A stretch of DNA of 64,000 nucleotides from Bacteroidia bacterium (lineage in GTDB: Bacteria; Bacteroidota; Bacteroidia; NS11-12g; UBA9320). Within the stretch, counting starts at the first letter, position 1. Every line of letters starts with the position of its first letter. Position numbers and translations under genes: made by a program. The stretch spans positions 751 to 64,750 of the forward strand of contig JAQWNJ010000014.1 of NCBI GenBank assembly GCA_029268695.1, given 5' to 3'. Below are positions 45,079 to 55,420 of the stretch, one piece after another. The notes beneath the pieces are model-generated. The model did not search any database. It was given only the letters and a program-made list of their open reading frames with translations, and was not told the origin of the DNA.

Positions 45079-45948
45079 TTAATCGATAATTTCTACTTTC
45101 CAAAATACAAGTGTTCTGTCATCACTACAACTTACGAACATATTTTCATCTATCCATAGGGTCTTGTTAATGCAATTGGTATGTCCTTTATATCGGTCGT
45201 AATCAATGACCTTCAACAAGGTCAACTGTTCGTTCCATACTTTAATGGTTTTATCCATGCTACAACTTAATAAGAATTGACCATTCCAACTGAGATTTTT
45301 TACTTGATATAAATGAGCTGGCACCTGATGAACCACTTGGTTCAAATGTAAGTCATGAGCTAATATCTTAGCATCTCTACACGTGCTAACTAAAGTAGCA
45401 TCGTCTAGCAACGCTAACCCAAAAACAGAATTTGTATGACCTTTCAAAATACGCTCAGTTTTGAAGGTATTTTTATCCAATTGATAAATGTGTGAATCCG
45501 AGGATCCAACAAAAATGGATGATTTACCAAAAGCAACTGATCTTAAACTATGAGTGGAAACCGTTTCTTTCAATGACTTGGAATGATGAACAATGCAACC
45601 ATCCTCTCCCCCACTAAAATCATCGGTGATAATGAAGACTCCGCCTTGATGTTTTTTGTCGGTTTGTAGGAGGGATTTATTCTCCAAATCCACCTGATAA
45701 ATGGTTCCTGAACGACCTCCAACTAAAAGAATATTTTTTTTCTTATGAATACTATAAATCGGCTCCCCCGTTTGCATAATTAATTTCCCATCGGTTGGAG
45801 AATCGATGTCCCAACGAACAACATAGCCCTCAGCCCCCGCTGAGTATATATGCCGACCCTCAAAATCAACGATAAAATCATAAATAGCATCTCGATGGCC
45901 TTTTAATTGTGCTACTTTTGTTATGTTTATTTTAGATTGGGTTGCCAC
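45079..45948 (-). CDS. WD40-repeat protein (probable GTG start at 45948)
   Basis: GHRDAIY, GHTNSVF, SCSMDKTIKVWN and GHTNCIN...SCSDDRT..FW repeats. Confidence 0.88.
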   Translation of the reverse strand: MATQSKINITKVAQLKGHRDAIYDFIVDFEGRHIYSAGAEGYVVRWDIDSPTDGKLIMQTGEPIYSIHKKKNILLVGGRSGTIYQVDLENKSLLQTDKKHQGGVFIITDDFSGGEDGCIVHHSKSLKETVSTHSLRSVAFGKSSIFVGSSDSHIYQLDKNTFKTERILKGHTNSVFGLALLDDATLVSTCRDAKILAHDLHLNQVVHQVPAHLYQVKNLSWNGQFLLSCSMDKTIKVWNEQLTLLKVIDYDRYKGHTNCINKTLWIDENMFVSCSDDRTLVFWKVEIID

Positions 45949-46547
45949 TACATTCAAAGAAACATATAAATAATGGAATGGTTGCACTTTGGCGAATTGA
46001 AGAAACCAAAGAAGAACTGTTTGACCTATTGCCTAATGGTTGGAAAGCAAAGCTAGACATCAACTCGATGAGCAGGCATAATATTGCTGCAAGAGTTTTG
46101 GCCCATACTGTCTGTCCTGATTTTGATAGCATCGAAAAAGATGAGTACGGCAAACCCTATTTTGTGAGTAAAGATTATCCCATTTCGATCACACACGCAG
46201 GAGATTATGCTGGTTTTATGTACACTGAAGACCGTGAGTGCGGCATTGATATTGAACAAATAACTCATCGTATTGAACGTATTCAGCATAAGTTTATTCG
46301 AGAAGATGAGAAAGCATTTGCTGAAGCTGGATTGAAAGGCATGTTCATGGTTTGGTGTGCTAAAGAGGCCATGTATAAATATTATGGATTAAAAGCATTG
46401 GATTTTAAAGCGAATCTCCAATTAAAATTTGAGCCATTTGACCAAGAAGGCACCCTGCAAGGAATCATATCAAAAAACGAGTACAAAAAAACAATGAATC
46501 TGCATTATCAATTTTTTGATGAATATTTGCTCATCCACACTCAATAG
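45942..46547 (+). CDS. 4'-phosphopantetheinyl transferase superfamily protein (Sfp/EntD-like)
   Basis: GKP...ISITH, GIDIE and WCAKEAMYK motifs. Confidence 0.9.
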   Translation: MPLHSKKHINNGMVALWRIEETKEELFDLLPNGWKAKLDINSMSRHNIAARVLAHTVCPDFDSIEKDEYGKPYFVSKDYPISITHAGDYAGFMYTEDRECGIDIEQITHRIERIQHKFIREDEKAFAEAGLKGMFMVWCAKEAMYKYYGLKALDFKANLQLKFEPFDQEGTLQGIISKNEYKKTMNLHYQFFDEYLLIHTQ

Positions 46548-47321
46548 ATGAAAAAGGTAATTTGGATAACAGGAGCAGGTAGCGGTATTGGTGAGGCCTT
46601 GGCAAAGGCATGCAATCACGAAGACCATACTATTATCTTATCGGGGAGAAATAAAACTCAGTTGGAATCTGTTTCGAAAAACATAATAAATTCGTTTATC
46701 CTTCCATTGGATGTAACTCAAGAGAATCAAATCAAACAAGCAGTAACGTTAGTTAAATCCACTTTTAGGAAAATAGATATTCTCATCAACAATGCAGGTG
46801 TTAGCCAACGAGCAACCGTATCTGAAACAGCCAACGAGGTTGGTCGAAACTTAATGGAGGTGAATTTCTTTGGTAGTATTCACCTCACAAAAGCAGTTCT
46901 TCCTATGATGCTTGGAGCAAATCAAGGGAGCATTGTAGCCATGAGTAGTGCTGCTGGAAAATTTGGATTCCCATTACGTTCGTATTACTCTGCATCAAAA
47001 CATGCTTTGCACGGATTTTATGAATCTCTGAGTCTTGAACTAAAAGACACTAAAGTGCATGTCATGGTCGTCTGTCCGGGTAGAATTAAAACTGATATAA
47101 GTAAAAATGCACTAACTGGGTCGGGCGAGTCGCACAATCAAATGGACCAAGGACAACTCCACGGCATATCCGTTGAAAAATGTGCGTCTAAAATTGTCCA
47201 AGGCATTTCAAAGAAAAAGGCTGAAATCTATATCGGTGGAAACGAAATTTTACTCATTTACATCAAACGATATCTCCCTTTTCTTTTTCGTCGAATTGCA
47301 AAGCGAGTCAATCCAAAATAA
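46548..47321 (+). CDS. Short-chain dehydrogenase/reductase (DHRS7-like)
   Basis: ITGAGSGIG, NNAG and YSASKHAL (YxxxK) motifs. Confidence 0.92.
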   Translation: MKKVIWITGAGSGIGEALAKACNHEDHTIILSGRNKTQLESVSKNIINSFILPLDVTQENQIKQAVTLVKSTFRKIDILINNAGVSQRATVSETANEVGRNLMEVNFFGSIHLTKAVLPMMLGANQGSIVAMSSAAGKFGFPLRSYYSASKHALHGFYESLSLELKDTKVHVMVVCPGRIKTDISKNALTGSGESHNQMDQGQLHGISVEKCASKIVQGISKKKAEIYIGGNEILLIYIKRYLPFLFRRIAKRVNPK

Positions 47322-47375
47322 TTCCATTAGAAATGGATTTGGGTAGCGAGTTTTGATTTGGTAAATTCGCATACC

Positions 47376-48428
47376 TTGGAAAAAGAAATTAGCGGCATTC
47401 AACAAATGGGGATAGGCATCCCTGATGTCCATGAAGCATGGACTTGGTACAGAAATAATTTTAGTATGAACATCCCTGTTTTTGAGGAAGCTGCTACAGC
47501 CGAACTCATGCTACCCTACACCGGTGGCAAACCTCATGACAGGCACGCAGTACTTGCTCTTAATATGCAAGGAGGAGGCGGTTTTGAAATCTGGCAATAT
47601 ACCAGTCGAAAACCTCAACCCGCATCATTTCAACCAATGCTAGGTGATCTAGGAATCAACATCTGTAAGATGAAAACAAGAGACATTCATGCATCTTTCA
47701 AAAATTTCGATAAGACTTATCTCATATCCAAGGAAATTGAAAAAACACCGCACGGGACACCACATTTTTGGGTTAAAGACCCCTATGGAAATAAATTTCA
47801 AGTAATAGAGTCGGATAACTGGTTTTCCAAAAACTCAAACGATACTGGTGGAGTTTTTGGTGCTATAATTGGTGTATCGGATATTGAAAAATCCATCCAA
47901 TTCTATACAGACATTCTTGGCTATGATACAATTGAATGGCAAGGTGAAGGCAATTTTAATGATCTAACCCCATTAAATCCGAAAAAACATCAATACAAAA
48001 GGGTCATCTTATCACACAGTAAAAATAGAAAAGGGAGTTTTAGTCAACTATTGGGTTCTTCTCAAATAGAACTCATCGAAAACCTCACGGAAACTGGGAA
48101 AAACATTTATCAGGATCGATACTGGGGAGATCTTGGGTTTATTCACCTCTGTTTTGATGTTGTTGGTATGGAAGCATTAAGAGAAGAATGTAAAGAGGCA
48201 GGTCATCCGTTCACAGTGGACAGTGCTAACTCATTTGACATGGGTGAAGCAGCAGGGCATTTTTCATACATTGAGGATCCGGATGGTACACTAATTGAAT
48301 TTGTTGAAACACACAAAATACCTATACTGAAAAAAATTGGCTGGTACCTCGATATTCGAAAAAGAGATGCCCTAAAACCTTTACCTCGCTGGATGGTTAA
48401 GAGTATGGGACTAAACAAGAAAAAATAA
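47376..48428 (+). CDS. VOC/glyoxalase-family protein with tandem domains (probable TTG start at 47376)
   Basis: GIQQMGIG, DPYGNKFQ and HLCFDV...DPDGTLIEFVE motifs; TAAATTCG element 6 nt before the TTG. Confidence 0.85.
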   Translation: MEKEISGIQQMGIGIPDVHEAWTWYRNNFSMNIPVFEEAATAELMLPYTGGKPHDRHAVLALNMQGGGGFEIWQYTSRKPQPASFQPMLGDLGINICKMKTRDIHASFKNFDKTYLISKEIEKTPHGTPHFWVKDPYGNKFQVIESDNWFSKNSNDTGGVFGAIIGVSDIEKSIQFYTDILGYDTIEWQGEGNFNDLTPLNPKKHQYKRVILSHSKNRKGSFSQLLGSSQIELIENLTETGKNIYQDRYWGDLGFIHLCFDVVGMEALREECKEAGHPFTVDSANSFDMGEAAGHFSYIEDPDGTLIEFVETHKIPILKKIGWYLDIRKRDALKPLPRWMVKSMGLNKKK

Positions 48429-48434
48429 TTAAAA

Positions 48435-50867
48435 ATGAAACTTAAATTCACGCATTTAACACTTTTGATTGGCTTAACATCTTTGCTTTCATTTATGTTC
48501 TTAAACTCACAGGAAGTCAAACCTTCATCTACTGAATTGGATAATCATCCAGGTTGGTTCAAGCAGTTTGTCAAATTAAAAGGCGATGAAAATGGTAAAA
48601 TACCGCACGGCTTAACCATGAAATGGTACAAAGCTGACCAAGACAACCAATTGTTGTACAAAAAGGCAGTGAATGACTTGGAAAATATTAAAGAGATTGG
48701 TCCATTCAATGTCGGTGGCAGAACACGATCTATTCTTATTGACAATAATAACCCAAACCGATACATATGTGCTGGAGTATCCGGTGGAATATGGGTGTCG
48801 GAAAACAGAGGCGGTTCATGGAAAATCGTAGATGACTATGCCCCTACATTATCAGCTACTTGTTTAACACAAAGCCCATTTAATCCTTCTTTATTTTATT
48901 ATGGAACAGGCGAAAGTTATGGAAATAGTGCAGATTTAGGTGGTCTTGGTATTTTTAAGTCAGAAGATGGAGCCAAATCATTTGAACATCTGGAACACAC
49001 CATGACGAGTGATTTCGATCGTGGAATTTGGGATATTGAACATTCACTGGTCTTGGATAGCACAATATATGTAGCTACTCACACTCGAGGTTTGTGGAGA
49101 AGTACTGATGCTGGTCAAAACTTCTCTAGAATTTATTCCACATCCACTCAAGTCAATGAAATTGAAGTAAGGGATGATAGTACAATACTTATTGCCATGT
49201 CTGGAGTTGGTGTTGTAGAAATACACGAGCGAACACTGGTGGCAAAAAGGCTCAACGGAGGTGAATGGCCGTCTAGCGGTTACACTCGAGTCAGCTTTGA
49301 CTATTGCCGAGACTTCCCAAACGTCATGTATGCTCAACTTGGGGGTGCTGATCTATATAGCCTCTACGGTATTTATAAAACATCAAACGGAGGAAAAACA
49401 TGGAAAAGACTTCCAGACCCACCTGCTAACGTAAGCTACGCTCAAGCGTGGTACTGTTTTAAAATATCTACCGCACCTGCAGATTCTAATTTTATTGCTA
49501 GCTTGTGTGTAGACCCAATATACTCTAAAAATAGTGGTTCATCATGGTTGGATATGGCAGACCCACATGCAGATTACCACGAAGTAAGCTGGATTAACGA
49601 TAATGAGTTTTTAATTGGTAATGATGCAGGTGTCAGTCGATTTAATAAAAATAATATGTCTCGATACGAGGACTTGAATAATGGCCTAAATATCACACAG
49701 TTTTATGCTGGCCATTATTATCCCACTGGCGAATCGATTATTGGTGGAACTCAAGATAACGGAACTCGTTTTAGTAACGAAGGCAATCAAATATTCAGTA
49801 ATATAAATGGCGGTGATGGTGCGTTTTGTGCAGTAAATCAACAGGATGATCGTATCCGATATGTATCTTCTCAATACCTTAATATGAGAAGACAAAGTAA
49901 TACTGGGACAAGAAATATTAGTAGAGATATAAGAAATGCTGTTGGAGGTAATGATGGAGTATGGTTTATAAATCCTTTTGAAATCAATAATTTGGATGGT
50001 GACCAAATCTATGTGCCAACAAAAAGAGCTACATATCGATCAACTGATGGAGGTAATAATTGGGTTACACTGACTTCTGATTTGTTAGGAGATTCATATG
50101 CTGTTGGATTAAGTAATTCAACCGATCCTATTGCCTATATCGGTGGTACAGCCTCTCGATTATATCGCATAGATAATGCAGCAACTGCTCAGCCTAACAG
50201 TGAAGTAAGTATGTGGACCACTCAATATCCCGATTTTCTTGGGAGTACCATTGGATGTGTTGAGGTTGATCCAAATAGCGACAGTACTATTTACTGTGGA
50301 TTAGTGAATGTCAGAAATAAATCAAGAATATGGAGAATTCGAAATGCCACTTCAGATACACCAATCTGGGACGATATTAGTGCGAATCTTCCTGAAAGTT
50401 TACCCGTAAACTGGATTGAAGTAGATCCAGACATGAGTGAGCATATATTAATTGGAACTGACTATGGGTTATACACTTCTCTTAATGCTGGGGCAAGTTG
50501 GCAAAAAGAAACACGTATCCCTAATGTTCCTATAGATCAAATTCGTCTGAGAAGTAGTGATCGAAAATTATTCATCTACACGCATGGTCGTGGCATATGG
50601 ACTGCTGACTTAACCAATGACCCCGTTGCATCTATTCAAAATAAACAACTATTGGAAGTAAGTATTTATCCCAATCCGGCTGATAATTTTGTACACATTA
50701 ATGGCAAATTTAATCAGGTGAATATCTACTCTTTAACTGGCAAAAAAATGGGCACTTTCTTTAAGCACGATGTACCCACATCATCGCTGCAAAACGGAAC
50801 ATACTTTTTTGAGGTGGTTAACGGAAATCAAACAAGTACTAAAAAAGTGGTGATCGCTCACCCATAA
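48435..50867 (+). CDS. T9SS type A-secreted BNR/Asp-box (VPS10/sialidase-like) beta-propeller protein
   Basis: GPFNVGGRTR, multiple SxDGGxxW Asp-boxes, GGTQDNGT and THGRGIW motifs; IYPNPAD...KKVVI CTD. Confidence 0.88.
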   Translation: MKLKFTHLTLLIGLTSLLSFMFLNSQEVKPSSTELDNHPGWFKQFVKLKGDENGKIPHGLTMKWYKADQDNQLLYKKAVNDLENIKEIGPFNVGGRTRSILIDNNNPNRYICAGVSGGIWVSENRGGSWKIVDDYAPTLSATCLTQSPFNPSLFYYGTGESYGNSADLGGLGIFKSEDGAKSFEHLEHTMTSDFDRGIWDIEHSLVLDSTIYVATHTRGLWRSTDAGQNFSRIYSTSTQVNEIEVRDDSTILIAMSGVGVVEIHERTLVAKRLNGGEWPSSGYTRVSFDYCRDFPNVMYAQLGGADLYSLYGIYKTSNGGKTWKRLPDPPANVSYAQAWYCFKISTAPADSNFIASLCVDPIYSKNSGSSWLDMADPHADYHEVSWINDNEFLIGNDAGVSRFNKNNMSRYEDLNNGLNITQFYAGHYYPTGESIIGGTQDNGTRFSNEGNQIFSNINGGDGAFCAVNQQDDRIRYVSSQYLNMRRQSNTGTRNISRDIRNAVGGNDGVWFINPFEINNLDGDQIYVPTKRATYRSTDGGNNWVTLTSDLLGDSYAVGLSNSTDPIAYIGGTASRLYRIDNAATAQPNSEVSMWTTQYPDFLGSTIGCVEVDPNSDSTIYCGLVNVRNKSRIWRIRNATSDTPIWDDISANLPESLPVNWIEVDPDMSEHILIGTDYGLYTSLNAGASWQKETRIPNVPIDQIRLRSSDRKLFIYTHGRGIWTADLTNDPVASIQNKQLLEVSIYPNPADNFVHINGKFNQVNIYSLTGKKMGTFFKHDVPTSSLQNGTYFFEVVNGNQTSTKKVVIAHP

Positions 50868-50873
50868 CAAAAA

Positions 50874-52136
50874 TTAGGAAATTGCTTTTATAATTGCTTT
50901 TCGCTGATTAGACAACTCGTCTCTGTCTTTGTCTTTCATTCCAAACCAGGCTAATTGTTTCCAGAAATAAGGTAATAATTCAACGAGTCTAAACCAGCAT
51001 ACCCCGCCGTATATTGAGGCAAATAGCAGTAGTATAGCCCACGTGGGAGAAAATAGGTTGAAAAAAGTAATCGCGAGTCCCGATACAAGCACCAAAGATA
51101 AAACCATTGCAAGTCCAACTTTTAGTGAGTCATGAAAAATAATATTCTTGATTTTTTTATCGATTAATGTCATAGAAAACTTCCATATCAACCACCAAAT
51201 AGCATAAACAGGAAGACTTACGCCTAATGTAAAAAGTGCAATAAATACTGAAATTGCATCGAATGATCTCCCCCCAACGTTCGCGTCATCCACACCTTCA
51301 TTTAAAATTGATTGTTTATAATCACGAACTTTTGATGCTACATGTTCATCTATTGAATTAAGTTTAGCTATAGATAATTTCCAAGTACCATAAGATTTGA
51401 ATGTGAAAGGACGATAATTTTCATTGATTATAACTTCGTGTAAAAATTCTTTTTCCTCCGAATAATCTCCTTTAGTTATAACAACATTATTCTCCAACGA
51501 TTTCTGTAGCTGATTAGTAAATTGTTCGGCAACTTTCTTTTCATTTTCTTCAATAGCTTCTTTGTATTCCTTTACAAGAATTGGTTTCTCAAATGAAACA
51601 TGGATGGTCTGCATCAAAGAACCAAACCTCGAATAATTTAATGCTGTTGGAACAACATGAAGATCAAGATTATAGCCACTTCTTTTCACCATATCAATTG
51701 CAATATGACCTGTACCCTTTCTTAGCCTTCGAACAGCCTTTTCAGGATAAGAGCTTCCCTCAGAAAATATAAGGATTGTCTTATTTTTTGTAAAAAGATC
51801 GTACAACTCATCCATGGTTTGACTATTTCCTTTACGTGCCACCTCAGAATTTGCATCTCTTGCTCTAAAAATAGGTCTTAGACACATGCTCCTTAAAAAG
51901 TAATTGGCAATGGGTTTTAAAAAAACATCACCACGGGTAAGGGTGTATATTTTTCGACCACTCATATGCTGGTATACAACCCCATCTAAAAAGGAATTTG
52001 GGTGATTCCCCGCTAAAAGAACCGGCTTATCTTTTGGAAAATTTTCAAGTCCATCAAAATGGACTTTTCGAACAAAACCTCCTAATGGTAATCTTAAAGA
52101 ATTCCTGCAAAAATGAAATACCCAGTCTTTTAACAT
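50874..52136 (-). CDS. 1-acyl-sn-glycerol-3-phosphate acyltransferase family protein
   Basis: NHPNSFLD (HxxxxD) and IFSEG motifs; C-terminal TM helices. Confidence 0.88.
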   Translation of the reverse strand: MLKDWVFHFCRNSLRLPLGGFVRKVHFDGLENFPKDKPVLLAGNHPNSFLDGVVYQHMSGRKIYTLTRGDVFLKPIANYFLRSMCLRPIFRARDANSEVARKGNSQTMDELYDLFTKNKTILIFSEGSSYPEKAVRRLRKGTGHIAIDMVKRSGYNLDLHVVPTALNYSRFGSLMQTIHVSFEKPILVKEYKEAIEENEKKVAEQFTNQLQKSLENNVVITKGDYSEEKEFLHEVIINENYRPFTFKSYGTWKLSIAKLNSIDEHVASKVRDYKQSILNEGVDDANVGGRSFDAISVFIALFTLGVSLPVYAIWWLIWKFSMTLIDKKIKNIIFHDSLKVGLAMVLSLVLVSGLAITFFNLFSPTWAILLLFASIYGGVCWFRLVELLPYFWKQLAWFGMKDKDRDELSNQRKAIIKAIS

Positions 52137-52144
52137 GTTGATTT

Positions 52145-54112
52145 TTATGAAATTACGGTTCCACTTTGATCCGTAATTTTTCGACGAATCTTCAATAAAT
52201 TATCGTGAATCTGTTGCAATACCATAATATCCTCGTCAGATTCAGCAATTTTTAATTTCTCTTGGTTTTCTTTCATCAATAAGTCAATGTGTTTAAGCTT
52301 AAGATAATTTAAATTATCAATCACATGACTTTTATAGTTTTCTTGGTCAGATTTAACAAATTTTTCGTAATTATCCTCCCAACCTTTACTTAAGTTATGT
52401 CTTGCAGAGAGAACCTCTGCAGCAATTTTACTAGACTTTGCATTTCTTATAAAATAAAGTTCATTTAACACTTTATGTTCTTTTAAATGAGCATATGCAT
52501 CTTTAAAAATCTGACTAAATTCATTAGAAATAGGCCAGATTTGTTCTTCTTCAAATTCATTGAAAATAAATTCAGCCACAGTCAAATTCTCATTAAATTC
52601 TTTGTCTGCGTGTAGAATTAATGTTTTTAATAGTTCTTCCTCTTGATAGTTTTTATTGTCTACTAAATCAGCTGGATTAATTTGTTTGTAATCGGGCTGA
52701 TATTCGAATCCTGGGGGAGGCCCTTCTGAGATAGCGGATTTATTATCATGTTGAACTCTCCGTTCTTCTCGGTCTTTTTGTTTGCGACTGTTAACCCGAA
52801 ACTTATTAACCTCTGCGATAATTATTCGCTCTGGAATATCTAAATTATTGGATGTTTCTGTAATGAAAGCTGCTCGTTTAAGAGGATCAGGTAATGCAGC
52901 GATGTTTTCTGCTACCAGTCGAGCTGCCTCTGCTTTCTGAATTGGATCGGAAGGATTTTTTGCAAGCTTAACCGCTTGAATAAGCTCTACAAAGTTTTTA
53001 GATGTATCGCTTACATACTTGTGAAATGCAGTACTTCCTCTTTTTTGAATAAAGCTATCCGGATCTTCCTCCGGAGGGAAAAGGACTACTTTGACATTAA
53101 TGTCAGCTGCCAAAAGCGTTTGAATATGTTTTAAACTTGCATTTACACCTGCCTCATCCCCATCAAAAAGCATGGTGACATGGTGGGTAAATCGCTTAAT
53201 TAATCTAGCTTGTTCCTCGGTAAAGGCAGTACCACTAGCAGCAACAACATTATCAACTCCACTCTGATGGAGACTTACCACGTCCATATATCCTTCAACC
53301 AGGAATACAGCGTCATTCTTTCTAATCGATTGTTTGCAAACACTCAGTCCGTAGAGCTCTTTCCTTTTTTCATAGACAACTGTTTCTGGGCTATTAAGAT
53401 ATTTGGGAGCCTTGGTATCCTTCTTTATAATTCTACCACCAAATCCTAAAACTTTTCCCGACACACTGAATATTGGAAAAACAATTCTATCTAAGAAAGT
53501 ATCACGAAGATTCGACGCTATAATTCCCTGATCATCATTGATTTTTTTGACCAATCCCGCATCATAAAGTTGTTGAGATGTATAACCATTCTTTATTCCC
53601 TCTTGTAAAATATGATCTCGTTGAGTTCCGCTAAGTCCTATGTAGAATTCATCAATTGTTTGTTGGTTAATCCCCCGCTCTGTCAAATAGGGTTTATAAA
53701 TCACCTTCCCATCTTGACTGGAATTTATTCGCTCATAAAAATGATTTTTTGCAAATTCCAAACACGCATAAACACCTTCTTTAATTCGAGCTTCCTCCTT
53801 TAGTTCATCCACATCAATTTGCCCTTCCTCAATCTCAATATTATACTTTTCAGCTAAAAACTTAATTGCTAACGGATAAGATAACCCCTCATGCTGCATA
53901 ATAAATTGAAAAATATTCCCACCCTCACCACAGCTAAAACATTTGAATATCCCCTTACTTGGAGAAACACTCATACTCGGACTCTTATCATCGTGAAACG
54001 GACAAAGCCCTTTATAGTTAGCTCCAGCTCTTTTGAGGGTAACAAACTCACCAACAACTTCCTCAATGGGAGCTACATCAAAAATTTTATCAATGACTTG
54101 TTGTGATATCAA
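52145..54112 (-). CDS. dnaG: DNA primase
   Basis: CPFH..K.PS...CFSC zinc finger, PKYLNSPET, VEGYMDV and FDGDEAG TOPRIM motifs. Confidence 0.97.
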   Translation of the reverse strand: MISQQVIDKIFDVAPIEEVVGEFVTLKRAGANYKGLCPFHDDKSPSMSVSPSKGIFKCFSCGEGGNIFQFIMQHEGLSYPLAIKFLAEKYNIEIEEGQIDVDELKEEARIKEGVYACLEFAKNHFYERINSSQDGKVIYKPYLTERGINQQTIDEFYIGLSGTQRDHILQEGIKNGYTSQQLYDAGLVKKINDDQGIIASNLRDTFLDRIVFPIFSVSGKVLGFGGRIIKKDTKAPKYLNSPETVVYEKRKELYGLSVCKQSIRKNDAVFLVEGYMDVVSLHQSGVDNVVAASGTAFTEEQARLIKRFTHHVTMLFDGDEAGVNASLKHIQTLLAADINVKVVLFPPEEDPDSFIQKRGSTAFHKYVSDTSKNFVELIQAVKLAKNPSDPIQKAEAARLVAENIAALPDPLKRAAFITETSNNLDIPERIIIAEVNKFRVNSRKQKDREERRVQHDNKSAISEGPPPGFEYQPDYKQINPADLVDNKNYQEEELLKTLILHADKEFNENLTVAEFIFNEFEEEQIWPISNEFSQIFKDAYAHLKEHKVLNELYFIRNAKSSKIAAEVLSARHNLSKGWEDNYEKFVKSDQENYKSHVIDNLNYLKLKHIDLLMKENQEKLKIAESDEDIMVLQQIHDNLLKIRRKITDQSGTVIS

Positions 54113-54207
54113 TTCACTACAAATGAAATGAATTGCTTTTAAACATGATAATAATGTGGAGAGATATTATCATCCCTACTAAAAAACAAATTATTTACCT
54201 TTGAAGT

Positions 54208-55395
54208 ATGAATCTATCCGATAGGATCAAACATCAAGTAGAATCAAATTTTGATGAGCTAGTTGCTATAAGAAGACATTTGCATAGCCACCCAGAATTA
54301 AGTTTTAAAGAATTTGAAACTACTAAATTTATTGCTGATAAATTAAAAACTCTCGGATACGATCTTAAGCAGATAACCGAAACAGGTGGATATATCGATA
54401 TTGAAGGGCGAAATCCTCAATCCAAGATTATAGCCTTAAGGGGTGATATTGATGCACTCCCAATTCACGAAAAAACTGGCAAAGACTATGCCTCTAAAAA
54501 TGATGGCGTCATGCATGCTTGCGGTCATGATGTTCACACAACATGTTTGTTAGGAGCAATTCAAATCATTGATGCCATGAAGAATGAATTTGAAGGAACC
54601 ATTCGTTGCATCTTTCAGCCGGGTGAGGAAAGACTACCTGGAGGGGCAAGTATTATGATCAAAAATGGCATATTAAAAAACCCAAGCGTTGAAAAAATCA
54701 TGGGACAGCATGTTATGCCTCTCATTGATGCCGGTAAAGTAGGGTTTAGAAGTGGGCTATACATGGCGAGTGCTGACGAAATTTATATCAAAGTAATTGG
54801 TAAAGGTGGACACGGAGCTCATCCTCACCAAAATATTGACCCTGTATACATAGCTGCACAAATTATCACACAACTTCAATCGGTAGTGAGCAGACATGCC
54901 AAGCCTAGTATTCCAAGTGTTCTTAGTATTGGTAAAGTCATTGCTAATGGGGCTACGAATATCATACCAAATGACGTTTACATGGAGGGTACATTTCGAA
55001 CCTACGATGAAAATTGGCGAAATGAAGCACATGACTTAATTAAAAAAATTGGTGAACAAACTGCACAATTACATGGAGCTAAATGTGAGGTTGAAGTAAG
55101 AAAAGGATATCCATTTCTTAAAAATGATGAAGACTTAACCTCTCAGACTATGAATTGGGCAAAAGAATATCTAGGAAAAGACAATGTTGAGGAATTAGAG
55201 CTTTGGCCTGCAGGTGAGGACTTCGCCTATTATTCTCAAGAAATCCCCGCTAGTTTTTATCGATTAGGTATTAGAAATCAAAGTAAATTTGATCAGACTA
55301 TGCTACACACGCCAACCTTTGATATCGACGAAGATGCACTCAAAGTCGGGGCTGGATTGATGGCGTATCTTGCTTTAAGAGAATTATCCCATTAA
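54208..55395 (+). CDS. M20D-family amidohydrolase
   Basis: RRHLHSHPELSF, ALRGDIDALP, MHACGHD, FQPGEE and GEDF motifs. Confidence 0.93.
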   Translation: MNLSDRIKHQVESNFDELVAIRRHLHSHPELSFKEFETTKFIADKLKTLGYDLKQITETGGYIDIEGRNPQSKIIALRGDIDALPIHEKTGKDYASKNDGVMHACGHDVHTTCLLGAIQIIDAMKNEFEGTIRCIFQPGEERLPGGASIMIKNGILKNPSVEKIMGQHVMPLIDAGKVGFRSGLYMASADEIYIKVIGKGGHGAHPHQNIDPVYIAAQIITQLQSVVSRHAKPSIPSVLSIGKVIANGATNIIPNDVYMEGTFRTYDENWRNEAHDLIKKIGEQTAQLHGAKCEVEVRKGYPFLKNDEDLTSQTMNWAKEYLGKDNVEELELWPAGEDFAYYSQEIPASFYRLGIRNQSKFDQTMLHTPTFDIDEDALKVGAGLMAYLALRELSH

Positions 55396-55420
55396 CAAAT
55401 AATACCTCAAATCTACTTTC

